This document shows, piece after piece, positions 46,942 to 55,260 of a stretch of DNA of 64,000 nucleotides. Source of the DNA: Actinomycetota bacterium (lineage in GTDB: Bacteria > Actinomycetota > Acidimicrobiia > Actinomarinales > Actinomarinaceae). A program made the translations under genes and the position numbers. The first letter of the stretch is position 1. Every line of letters begins with the position of its first letter. The DNA lies in NCBI GenBank assembly GCA_014384285.1, contig JACNGE010000014.1:141316-205315 (forward strand), in the 5' to 3' direction. The notes under the pieces are model-generated. The model had not been told where the DNA came from, did no database searches, and worked only from the letters and a program-made list of their open reading frames with translations.

Positions 46942-48424
46942 TATTTCAATAAATTACTTTGCAATTTCTAGTGAACTAATTGTAGTTTTTACAATCATTG
47001 CCACAATATTTTTTGATCTTCTTTTACCTCGAAAATCAAAATTTTATGTTGCATTAGTTGCATTGCTAGGCTCTCTTGTGTCATTTATCCCACTTATTTT
47101 CCAGTGGGTTAATTATGAGAATGCCTTAGTTCTTTTTGAAGGAAGCTATATAGTAGACAAATTTTCATTAATCCTAAAAGGACTATTCATTCTTGTTACA
47201 TATTTAACATTCCTGCTTTCAATAAATTTCATTGAAAGTGATAGGTATTATCAAGGGGAGTACTACTACTTACTTTTAAGCTCACTCCTTGGTGCACTTG
47301 TAGTTGCCTCATCTAGAGATATGTTGACTTTGTTCATTGGTATTGAGCTTGCTTCTGCTCCAATGTTTTTACTTTCAGGCTGGAAAAAGGGTGACCAAAA
47401 ATCAAATGAAGGGGCAATTAAATTCTTCTTACTAGGAGTGCTTTCAGCATCACTCATACTTTACGGCTTTTCTCTACTTTATGGTTTGACTGGAGAATTA
47501 ATTTTTTCTGAAATATCAAAAATATTATTGGTAAAAAATCTTTCTACATCTCCAGCAGCTTTATTAAGTGCTATGTTGATTTTAGCTGGAATTGGTTTCA
47601 AAATTTCTGTGGTACCCTTTCACTCTTGGGCACCTGACACGTATGAAGGATCGCCATTACCTGTGACTGCATATCTATCAGTAAGCTCTAAAGCAACAGG
47701 TTTTGTTGCTCTAATGATTATTCTTACAAAGATTTATCCAGAGTCTGGCTCAAGTTGGGGTATAGTTCTGGTAATTATTTCTGGATTGACAATGTTTATA
47801 GGGAACCTTTCTGCACTTCAGCAATCTAACCCAGTAAGACTTTTAGCTTACTCTTCAATAGCTCAGGCTGGGTTTATTTTAGCTCCATTAGCAATCTCAG
47901 GAATATCAGGAGATTATGAAGATGGCATATATGCTAGTGTGACTTATTTAATTATTTATGCGTTTATGAACTTGGGAGCATTCCTAGTAGTAAATGTACT
48001 AATTAATACAAGTGGCAGTAATGATATATATGAATGGGGAGGTCTATCAAAACACCAACCTTTAACTGCTATTTTTGCAACAGTATTTTTCTTTTCACTT
48101 GCTGGAATACCCCCATTAGGAGGATGGTTTGCAAAATTTGTAGTATTCAGAAGCCTACTAAGTTCTGGTGAAATTTTTGGAATAACCTTGGCTGTCATCG
48201 GTGCAATAAATGCCGTTATTGGCCTAGTCTTTTATGCTAGGATTTCGAAGATAATTTGGATGGATGCCCCTTCCGAAAATATTACTGTAACTACTAAAAA
48301 TACACTTTTGAGTCCCTTAAAAGTTGTCGGATTTATAAGCCTTGCGATTACATTTATGGCTGGCATCTTTCCAAACTTATTTTCTTACCTTGGTAACGCT
48401 GCTTCATTATTTTTAAATAGTTAA
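46931..48424 (+). CDS. nuoN: NADH-quinone oxidoreductase subunit N (operon 2)
   Basis: KISVVPFHSWAPDTYEGSPLP. TTG start overlapping the nuoM stop. Confidence 0.93.
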   Translation: MEANISINYFAISSELIVVFTIIATIFFDLLLPRKSKFYVALVALLGSLVSFIPLIFQWVNYENALVLFEGSYIVDKFSLILKGLFILVTYLTFLLSINFIESDRYYQGEYYYLLLSSLLGALVVASSRDMLTLFIGIELASAPMFLLSGWKKGDQKSNEGAIKFFLLGVLSASLILYGFSLLYGLTGELIFSEISKILLVKNLSTSPAALLSAMLILAGIGFKISVVPFHSWAPDTYEGSPLPVTAYLSVSSKATGFVALMIILTKIYPESGSSWGIVLVIISGLTMFIGNLSALQQSNPVRLLAYSSIAQAGFILAPLAISGISGDYEDGIYASVTYLIIYAFMNLGAFLVVNVLINTSGSNDIYEWGGLSKHQPLTAIFATVFFFSLAGIPPLGGWFAKFVVFRSLLSSGEIFGITLAVIGAINAVIGLVFYARISKIIWMDAPSENITVTTKNTLLSPLKVVGFISLAITFMAGIFPNLFSYLGNAASLFLNS

Positions 48425-48429
48425 TCAGG

Positions 48430-49455
48430 TTGACCAACAATAATTTTATAAGCTATCTTCAAAACAAGTATCAGAGAGATTTCTTTTACTTTGATGAATA
48501 CATGGACGAATGTCTTTACTCCGAATTTGGCTTTTTTAACACAACAAAGGTTCGGTCAAATAAAGATGGTGACTTTTTAACCTCACCTGAAGTTTCGGAA
48601 TACTTTGGTTTTTTTATTTCAAATTTTATTAATGAAAACAGCATAAAAAAAAATATACTAGAAATAGGTGCAGGAACTGGCTCCCTTGCGTCACAGGTTG
48701 AAAAGTTTTCTAACAAGAAGCCTATTGTCATAGAGAAATCCAAAACTGCTTTCCAGTTTTTAAAAAATAACGAGTTTAATGTTTATAAATCTATAGAGTC
48801 TGTGCCAAACCAAGAAATTGATTTAATTTACATGAATGAGGTGCTCGACAATATTCCATGTGCAGTTGCTTTAAATGTAAATAATGAATGGTTTGAAAAA
48901 ATTATTAGACTAGAAGAGGATTCATTAACTTACGATCTTTTACCAATAAGGGAAATAAATTTAGCATGGATTACGAATAACAATATAAATCCAATTGAGG
49001 GTATAGAAATTGAAATTCAAAGAAACTCTACTGAATATCTCAAGAACCTTATTTCAAAATTCAAGCCAAAATATTTTATTATTTTTGATTATGGGTATGA
49101 ATTTTATGAAAGAGAAAATAAACCGTATAAATCTTTAATAAGGACCTATAAAGACCACCACCTCTCTGGAGAGACAATTCTTCAGCCTACATCTACGGAT
49201 ATTACCTACGATGTAAATTTTTCAAGTGTTGAAAGTTTTTTAAAAATAGAAGATTACACAGTAAAGCTAACCTCTCAAAAAGAATTTATTTATCAGAATG
49301 GTTTTGAGGAATTGTATAAAGAAATCCAAGCTGATTTTCAGAAAGCTGATGGAATGCATAAATTAACTCTGAAAACACATTTAGTTGGCCTTGAGGCAAT
49401 CAATAATAATAGAGGGTTAGGCGGTTTCAAGGTTGCAGTTGCAAAAAAATTATAA
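48430..49455 (+). CDS. MidA/NDUFAF7-family (DUF185) SAM-dependent methyltransferase
   Basis: Family blocks: F.EYMDECLY....GFF......GDFLTSPEVSEYFG, then a SAM-binding ILEIGAGTGSL motif. It starts 5 nt after the nuoN-2 stop codon. Confidence 0.8.
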   Translation: MTNNNFISYLQNKYQRDFFYFDEYMDECLYSEFGFFNTTKVRSNKDGDFLTSPEVSEYFGFFISNFINENSIKKNILEIGAGTGSLASQVEKFSNKKPIVIEKSKTAFQFLKNNEFNVYKSIESVPNQEIDLIYMNEVLDNIPCAVALNVNNEWFEKIIRLEEDSLTYDLLPIREINLAWITNNNINPIEGIEIEIQRNSTEYLKNLISKFKPKYFIIFDYGYEFYERENKPYKSLIRTYKDHHLSGETILQPTSTDITYDVNFSSVESFLKIEDYTVKLTSQKEFIYQNGFEELYKEIQADFQKADGMHKLTLKTHLVGLEAINNNRGLGGFKVAVAKKL

Positions 49456-49478
49456 ATAGCATCATTTATAATCAAAGT

Positions 49479-50318
49479 ATGAATCAAATAAAAACAACAA
49501 TACTATTAACGCTGATGAGCTTAGTTGTTCTTTTTACAGCTCAAACATTAGGATATAATTTAATATTTTCAATATTTCTTGCTGGTATTTTCAACTTTTT
49601 TATTTATTTTTATTCTGGCAAAATTGCATTATCTTCAACAAAGGCAGAAAAAATTGCTGAAGGAGAGTACGAAGAAGTCACTGGCATTGTTAAGTATTTA
49701 ACTCAGAAAGAAAAAATGCCTATGCCGGATCTTTATATAATTAAGAATGACCAGCCCAATGCATTTGCTACTGGTAGAAATCCTAAAAATGCAAGTGTTG
49801 CTGTTACAACAGGGATCTTAAAGGTCTTAAATAGAGATGAACTTGAGGGTGTATTAGCTCATGAAATTTCTCACATCAAAAATAGGGACATTTTAGTATC
49901 CAGCATGGCGGCTATGCTAGCATCTACAATTTCATTCATGTCTAGAAGTGTTTTTTGGGGTGGTGGCAACAGAAATAGAAACACACATCCGTTATTTTTT
50001 ATTGTTGCATTAGTAGCTGCTCCATTAGCTTCAGTTATAATTCGTATGGCCATATCAAGAACCCGCGAATTTGGGGCTGATAAAACTGGTTCAAGTATTT
50101 CTGGAAACCCTTTAGCTCTTGCATCAGCACTAGAGAAGATTGAAAAATATTCAAAACTTCCAATGCATGTGAACCCCGCCGTAAGCCAGCTTTTCATTTC
50201 TGACCCTTTAAAAGCTTTAACAGGAGGAGGAATGAGAAAATTATTTTCAACCCATCCCCCAACAGCAGAGAGGATAAGACGACTAAAGGAGGACGCTAGT
50301 GGTATTCGGTATAGGTAA
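49479..50318 (+). CDS. htpX: Zinc metalloprotease HtpX (peptidase M48)
   Basis: HEISHIKNRD zinc motif, EFGADK, PNAFATG and a C-terminal HPPTAERI block, with TM helices. Confidence 0.92.
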   Translation: MNQIKTTILLTLMSLVVLFTAQTLGYNLIFSIFLAGIFNFFIYFYSGKIALSSTKAEKIAEGEYEEVTGIVKYLTQKEKMPMPDLYIIKNDQPNAFATGRNPKNASVAVTTGILKVLNRDELEGVLAHEISHIKNRDILVSSMAAMLASTISFMSRSVFWGGGNRNRNTHPLFFIVALVAAPLASVIIRMAISRTREFGADKTGSSISGNPLALASALEKIEKYSKLPMHVNPAVSQLFISDPLKALTGGGMRKLFSTHPPTAERIRRLKEDASGIRYR

Positions 50319-50652
50319 AGAGATACAAGAAGTTCTTCCTGAAAATTTAGAAAATCTTTTAAGTGAAGGTTATAAATTGATAGATGTAAGAGAACAAGAT
50401 GAGTGGGATGCAGGACATCATGAAGAAGCTAAGCATGTACCTATGGGAACAATTCCAGAAAAAATTAATGATTTTAATAGTGATGAAAAATATATCATAA
50501 TCTGTCGATCTGGAGGACGTTCAGGAAGAGTATGTTCTTTTATGGAAGAAGAAGGACTTAGTCCTTTGAATTTAAAAGGAGGAATGAATAAGTTATCTCC
50601 AGCTTCTAAAAAAATAGTAAATTCTAATGGCGGTATTGGAACAGTCATCTAA
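50299..50652 (+). CDS. Rhodanese-domain sulfurtransferase (single domain)
   Basis: LIDVREQDEWDAGH and an active-site loop CRSGGRS. The GTG start overlaps the end of htpX. Confidence 0.85.
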   Translation: MVFGIGKEIQEVLPENLENLLSEGYKLIDVREQDEWDAGHHEEAKHVPMGTIPEKINDFNSDEKYIIICRSGGRSGRVCSFMEEEGLSPLNLKGGMNKLSPASKKIVNSNGGIGTVI

Positions 50653-50661
50653 AATCAATTT

Positions 50662-51618
50662 GTGATAATTTGTATTGGCAACGCAATGGTTGACTCTCTT
50701 CAAAAAATAGATGAAGAGGTAATTAATCAGCTTCAACTCAATAAAGCCAGGATGACTCTAGTGGATAAAGATAGATCTAATGTTCTCCTGGAAGTAATGT
50801 CTAATCCAATACAGGCGGCTGGTGGTTCAGCAGCCAACACAGCTTATTGGGCAGCGCAACTTGGGGGTGAAGTAGGTTTTATTGGAAAAATCTCAAATGA
50901 TGATCTTGGAAAGCAATTTAAAGCAAGTGTTAAAAAATCAGGTCTTAAAGACTTCACTGTATTTGAAACTGAGGAAAATCAAACTGGACACTGCGCAATT
51001 TTTATTACTCCAGACGGTGAGAGAACCATGAACACCTATTTAGGAGCTGGTGCATTTCTTACAATCAAAGATTTAAATGAAGATGCAATCAAATCTGCTG
51101 AAATTCTTTATATGGAAGGTTATCTTTGGGATAAACCAACAAGCAAGGAAGCTTTTTTGTACGCTGCAAAATTGAACAAATTATCGGGTGGCAAGAACGC
51201 AATTACTTTATCAGATGTATTTTGTGTTGAAATGCACAGGGAGAGTTTTATTGAATTCATTAAAGATAGTATTGATTTTGTATTTTGTAATGAAGAAGAG
51301 ATTACGGCACTCACCATGAAGAATTCAACTGATGAAGCAATCGATTTTTTCCTAGATCAGTTTCCTGATGTTGAAGAACTTGTTTGTACATTAGGGCCAA
51401 AAGGAGCATTAGTAATTAGTAATGGAAAAAAAGTTCACTACCAGGCAACTGAAGCGGAAGTTGTAGACAAAACTGGTGCAGGAGATTACTTTGCTGCAGG
51501 TTATCTATACGGCATACAAAAGCAGCTTACAAAAGATGAATCCGCTGATATTGCTAACAGAAGTGCAGCATACGTGATTAGTGAAGTTGGAGTAAGGCCA
51601 AATAAGAAATTTTCTTAA
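50662..51618 (+). CDS. PfkB-family carbohydrate/nucleoside kinase (adenosine-kinase-like)
   Basis: GGSAANTA N-terminal motif and the DKTGAGDYFAAGYLYG ATP-site motif. Confidence 0.85.
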   Translation: MIICIGNAMVDSLQKIDEEVINQLQLNKARMTLVDKDRSNVLLEVMSNPIQAAGGSAANTAYWAAQLGGEVGFIGKISNDDLGKQFKASVKKSGLKDFTVFETEENQTGHCAIFITPDGERTMNTYLGAGAFLTIKDLNEDAIKSAEILYMEGYLWDKPTSKEAFLYAAKLNKLSGGKNAITLSDVFCVEMHRESFIEFIKDSIDFVFCNEEEITALTMKNSTDEAIDFFLDQFPDVEELVCTLGPKGALVISNGKKVHYQATEAEVVDKTGAGDYFAAGYLYGIQKQLTKDESADIANRSAAYVISEVGVRPNKKFS

Positions 51619-52379
51619 CTTCTCCACCCGATAATCTGGTAAATAACTCTTTCATCTCCATCAAAGTTTGGAAGATAAATATTATCTGTCAATAACTTTA
51701 TTGGATCGTATTTCTTATTCTTTGAAAAAAATAATATGTTATTTTCTGTATCTAATGCAACAATATTTTTTCCATCTGGAGACCATCTTAAAGACTCAAA
51801 GTAATAATTTGTGGGAGCTTGCGTAGTAAAAACTTCGATGATCTCGGAATCTTTCTGGTAAAAAATACTAGCTGTTCTTGCACTTGTTTCTCTCATCTCC
51901 CAAGGAGTGAGTAGTTTTTCTCCTAATACATTAATTTCATACATGTTTCGATTACTTGAAATGTTTTTTGTGTCTGTTTCCTTAACTCCGCTATTTTTGA
52001 TGTCAATGATTAAAGCCATTTCTGAGTTTGTTGAGTTGTCCCAGTACCTTAAGATTATATTTCCATCTTCATCTATCTCTGGATCAGTCAAATAAAAATC
52101 GTAGGAGTATTGATAAAGGTCACTTTTGCAGATTACTTTTTCTTCTTTTATTGGCGCAATAGAAATGTCTATCTTTAAAATGCATTCGTCAACAATATCT
52201 GGTGCGGGTGGAATTATATTTCTACTTTCTATTCCTACTGAGAAAAATATTGAACCCTGCAATGATTGATTTATTTCAGTATCGTAAGTAGGTAAAGGTA
52301 TTATTCCAAATAAAGCAACCAAACCTACAGAAATTAGCAAGACTATCAAAGACTGTAAAAGTGTGGCTCTTTTATTCAA
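51615..52379 (-). CDS. Hypothetical membrane-anchored protein with a TolB-like beta-propeller signature
   Basis: One N-terminal TM helix (LLQSLIVLLISVGLVALFGI) and a WSPDGKNIVAL repeat block. I prefer the TTG start at 52379, which overlaps the upstream stop as TTGA. The ORF track extends to an ATG at 52472 inside the upstream gene. Confidence 0.6.
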   Translation of the reverse strand: MNKRATLLQSLIVLLISVGLVALFGIIPLPTYDTEINQSLQGSIFFSVGIESRNIIPPAPDIVDECILKIDISIAPIKEEKVICKSDLYQYSYDFYLTDPEIDEDGNIILRYWDNSTNSEMALIIDIKNSGVKETDTKNISSNRNMYEINVLGEKLLTPWEMRETSARTASIFYQKDSEIIEVFTTQAPTNYYFESLRWSPDGKNIVALDTENNILFFSKNKKYDPIKLLTDNIYLPNFDGDERVIYQIIGWRS

Positions 52380-53359
52380 GACTCTTTCCTTAGATTCTCT
52401 CTTAGTGAATTTAAGTAAAGCCCTACTGTAATTAATACGCCACCAACAATAAATAAAACAAGTGGAGGCCAAATATTATTAGGTAACAACTCAGAAATAA
52501 GTCTTGGTAAATTTATTATCAACCCAAGACCGCCTACATAAAAAATAACTTGCTCTGAGAGCTTTATACTTATCCATATGTAAAACAATGAACCAACAAT
52601 TAAAATAATTATTTTTATGACTTCATAGCTTGAAAGCAAATTCTCTGTAATCGTAATAACACCAATAGCGATATTTACTGAAGACAAGAAGTAACCAAGC
52701 CAACTTGGCTCTAGTAAATTTGAATAAGTATTTAACCCCCAAACCAACCCAACAGTAGCAATAAACAGACCAATTCCCCAAGGTTCAACATTTCTAAGAA
52801 ATAGATTTCCAATACTACCTAGAAAAAATATAAGTGAGTAAAACAAAGTTATGTGCTGAAAAATTTCAAGGGTCAACTTATACAAATATCCTGAATAAAT
52901 TAAAACTAATGATGAAGTTATCAAAATTGTTACATCTTCGGAGACATTGAACATAAGTGTGTTTTCTAAAATATTGATTAAAAAAATTGCCGAAGCGCTA
53001 AACGAGACTGTTGAAACAAGATACAAGAATGATGCAACTCTTTCATTAGATTTAAAGATAAACAGTTTTTGTTTATCAATTTGTTGACTGTAGCCACCAG
53101 CAAAAAATAAAAACCATGTTGTTGCCAATAACAACAAAAGTTGTGCCCAGTAGGATAAATTTTGCCAAATTAGGGGGAGTGTTCCTATTAAACCTGAAAG
53201 AAGAAAAAAACCTCCAATTATTGTCAAGGCTCTTGCTGTTTTTGATTTTTGTGAAGGACTGTTTGTTTCGTCGAAATTTTTAATTTCTTCATACGACTTT
53301 TGATCTAGTATTTCATTTTCAACTAGGTTTTCCAAAAAATTCTTAATTTTTTTATCCAC
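52376..53359 (-). CDS. Hypothetical polytopic membrane protein (DUF2157-like architecture)
   Basis: 327 aa with a soluble ~45-aa N-terminus followed by ~9 hydrophobic helices. The family call is tentative. Confidence 0.6.
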   Translation of the reverse strand: MDKKIKNFLENLVENEILDQKSYEEIKNFDETNSPSQKSKTARALTIIGGFFLLSGLIGTLPLIWQNLSYWAQLLLLLATTWFLFFAGGYSQQIDKQKLFIFKSNERVASFLYLVSTVSFSASAIFLINILENTLMFNVSEDVTILITSSLVLIYSGYLYKLTLEIFQHITLFYSLIFFLGSIGNLFLRNVEPWGIGLFIATVGLVWGLNTYSNLLEPSWLGYFLSSVNIAIGVITITENLLSSYEVIKIIILIVGSLFYIWISIKLSEQVIFYVGGLGLIINLPRLISELLPNNIWPPLVLFIVGGVLITVGLYLNSLRENLRKES

Positions 53360-53438
53360 GTAATTAGCATAATGATTTATATTTTCATCTCACTAATTTT
53401 TTTATATAATCTAAACTTTAAAGAGACTTTATTGTTAC

Positions 53439-53520
53439 GCCGAGATGCCCGAGCGGCCAAAGGGAGCAGACTGTAAATCTGCCGGTTATGCCTTCGTAGG
53501 TTCGAATCCTACTCTCGGCA
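53439..53520 (+). tRNA. tRNA-Tyr (anticodon GTA), class II with a long variable arm
   Basis: Acceptor GCCGAGA/TCTCGGC, anticodon arm GCAGA-CTGTAAA-TCTGC, long variable arm, T arm GTAGG-TTCGAAT-CCTAC. No encoded CCA. Confidence 0.9.
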
Positions 53521-53523
53521 CTG

Positions 53524-53596
53524 GCCCTCTTAGCTCAGTAGGTAGAGCACTTCCATGGTAAGGAAGAGGTCTCCGGTTCAAATCCGGAAGAGGGCT
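53524..53596 (+). tRNA. tRNA-Thr (anticodon GGT)
   Basis: Acceptor GCCCTCT/AGAGGGC, anticodon arm CTTCC-ATGGTAA-GGAAG, T arm TCCGG-TTCAAAT-CCGGA. It starts 3 nt after tRNA-Tyr. Confidence 0.9.
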
Positions 53597-53618
53597 CAGA
53601 AAACAATAAAAACTAAAT

Positions 53619-53692
53619 GGCGGCGTAGCTCAGTTGGTAAGAGCGCACGACTCATAATCGTGAGGTCGGCAGTTCAAGTCTGCCCGCCGCTA
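53619..53692 (+). tRNA. tRNA-Met (anticodon CAT), elongator type
   Basis: Acceptor GGCGGCG/CGCCGCT (G1-U72), anticodon arm CACGA-CTCATAA-TCGTG (no GGG/CCC initiator signature), T arm GGCAG-TTCAAGT-CTGCC. Confidence 0.85.
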
Positions 53693-53713
53693 CAAAACGA
53701 AAGGAAGAAAAAA

Positions 53714-53875
53714 ATGGCTTCAGATAAAAGACCACCATTAACAATGGTTTGTACTGAGTGTAAAGCTCAAAACTATGTTACAACAAAAAATAAGACTAAC
53801 GTGCCTGACAGAATGGAGTTTAATAAATACTGTTCTACGTGTAGAAAGCATGTCTTGCACAGAGAAAAAAGGTAG
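53714..53875 (+). CDS. rpmG: 50S ribosomal protein L33 (zinc-ribbon C+ form)
   Basis: [53 protein letters not shown], with CxxC...CxxC and a GGAAG RBS upstream. The 106-aa track ORF is an artefact that runs through the tRNAs. Confidence 0.93.
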   Translation: MASDKRPPLTMVCTECKAQNYVTTKNKTNVPDRMEFNKYCSTCRKHVLHREKR

Positions 53876-53911
53876 AAATTTCTTTATTTCCATTTATCCT
53901 TACATATATAA

Positions 53912-54496
53912 ATGAATAACGTAACAAAAATTAATAACTTCAATGAAGATACGTCTAATTCAGAGTTAGTCAAGAAATCACAGGGTGGTGACAAAGCAGC
54001 ATTTGAAATGCTGGTTCACAGGCATCAAGATTTAGTTTTCTCCCTCGCATTTAAACTTACTGGAAATAAAGAACTTGCAAACGATGTAGGCCAAGATGCT
54101 TTTATTAGAGCTTGGGAAGCTATTGATAAATTTAGAGGTGATTCTACGTTTAGTACATGGATATACCGAATAACTGTTAATACTGCTTGGACTCTTCGAA
54201 AAAAAGCCAAGAAACATTACTCACTTAACATTGAGGACACGCAAGAACCCGTAGTAATTGATGAAAAAAATGATCCAGAATTAATTGCAATAAATTCTGA
54301 TTTATCTTCTGTATTAAGAAAAGCATTAGATCAAATTCCCTTAGAACAAAGAATCATTGTCGAATTAAAAAACATAGAAGGTCGCTCTCATAAAGAAATA
54401 GCAGAGTATTTAGACATTAGTGTCACAGCAGCAAAGGTACGACTACACAGAGCTCATCAAAAATTAAGAACAATACTGGAGGATGTAGAGGCATGA
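53912..54496 (+). CDS. ECF-type RNA polymerase sigma factor (sigma-70 family, regions 2 and 4)
   Basis: Region 2 blocks FEMLVHRHQDLVFSLAFKLTGN...DVGQDAFIRAW and FSTWIYRITVN. Region 4 HTH is SHKEIAEYLDISVTAAKVRLHRA. Confidence 0.88.
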   Translation: MNNVTKINNFNEDTSNSELVKKSQGGDKAAFEMLVHRHQDLVFSLAFKLTGNKELANDVGQDAFIRAWEAIDKFRGDSTFSTWIYRITVNTAWTLRKKAKKHYSLNIEDTQEPVVIDEKNDPELIAINSDLSSVLRKALDQIPLEQRIIVELKNIEGRSHKEIAEYLDISVTAAKVRLHRAHQKLRTILEDVEA

Positions 54497-54864
54497 AAGA
54501 ATTTTATAGAGACTTAAAATACAAAGCTGTTTGTCGAAGAAAAAGAAATCAGATGATAAAAACTTATCTTGGAGGAGTTTATTTTCAATTTGATTCGGAT
54601 AATCATGTTCAGTATTGCTTAAAATGTCAAACTGCCGGCAAAAGATATAGAGCTTTTAGAGAAGAACTAGAAAATGAAGTTCAGGTTGAGGTGGAGGTGC
54701 CGGATGATTTTACATCTCGAGTAATGTCATCATTAGATAAAAAAGTAAAAACCACTACTAATAAAGGTACAAAAATAATACTATTGACACTACTTGGATT
54801 AATGTCTTTAGTAATATTGGTCTTTGGGCTAAAGCGCTCATCTAATGAGTTAGATAAAGAGTAA
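54493..54864 (+). CDS. Membrane-anchored zinc-binding anti-sigma factor (ZAS family)
   Basis: 4-nt overlap with the sigma gene. C14-x23-H38-x3-C42-x2-C45 matches the ZAS motif, and there is a single C-terminal TM helix (IILLTLLGLMSLVILVFGL). Confidence 0.8.
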   Translation: MKEFYRDLKYKAVCRRKRNQMIKTYLGGVYFQFDSDNHVQYCLKCQTAGKRYRAFREELENEVQVEVEVPDDFTSRVMSSLDKKVKTTTNKGTKIILLTLLGLMSLVILVFGLKRSSNELDKE

Positions 54865-54868
54865 ACTT

Positions 54869-54942
54869 AGGGGTGTAGCTCTAATTGGCAGAGCGCGGGT
54901 CTCCAAAACCTGAGGTTGTGAGTTCGAGTCTCACCGCCCCTG
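54869..54942 (+). tRNA. tRNA-Trp (anticodon CCA)
   Basis: Acceptor AGGGGTG/CGCCCCT, anticodon arm CGGGT-CTCCAAA-ACCTG, T arm GTGAG-TTCGAGT-CTCAC. It lies directly upstream of secE, as in other actinobacteria. Confidence 0.9.
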
Positions 54943-54955
54943 CAAGAGGAAAATT

Positions 54956-55258
54956 ATGAATGAAATGAATAGAGAAATGAGAAGGATGTCCGAACGTGAA
55001 GAACGTTTGGCCAAAAAAGCTGATAGAAATATCGGTAAATTTAATAATGAAGAAAAGGTTTCTAGATTTAAAAGAATCTCTATTTACCTCGGTGAAGTAA
55101 GAACTGAATTAAAAAGGGTTAATTGGCCATCTGTTGACACTTTATCTACATTTACAATTGTGACAATTGTAACGATTGTAGCAATGACGTTATTAATTTT
55201 TGGAATGGACTTTGGTTTTAAAAATACTTTGATTAGCCTGTTATCTTCTGGAGGATAA
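54956..55258 (+). CDS. secE: Preprotein translocase subunit SecE
   Basis: YLGEVRTELKRVNWPS followed by a single TM helix. It sits between tRNA-Trp and nusG. Confidence 0.92.
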   Translation: MNEMNREMRRMSEREERLAKKADRNIGKFNNEEKVSRFKRISIYLGEVRTELKRVNWPSVDTLSTFTIVTIVTIVAMTLLIFGMDFGFKNTLISLLSSGG

Positions 55259-55260
55259 AT

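Noticed and set aside
53555-53875. A 106-aa ORF in the supplied track.
   Set aside because: Its first two-thirds run straight through tRNA-Thr(GGT) and tRNA-Met. Only the last 53 codons (from the ATG at 53714, with an RBS) are the real gene, rpmG.
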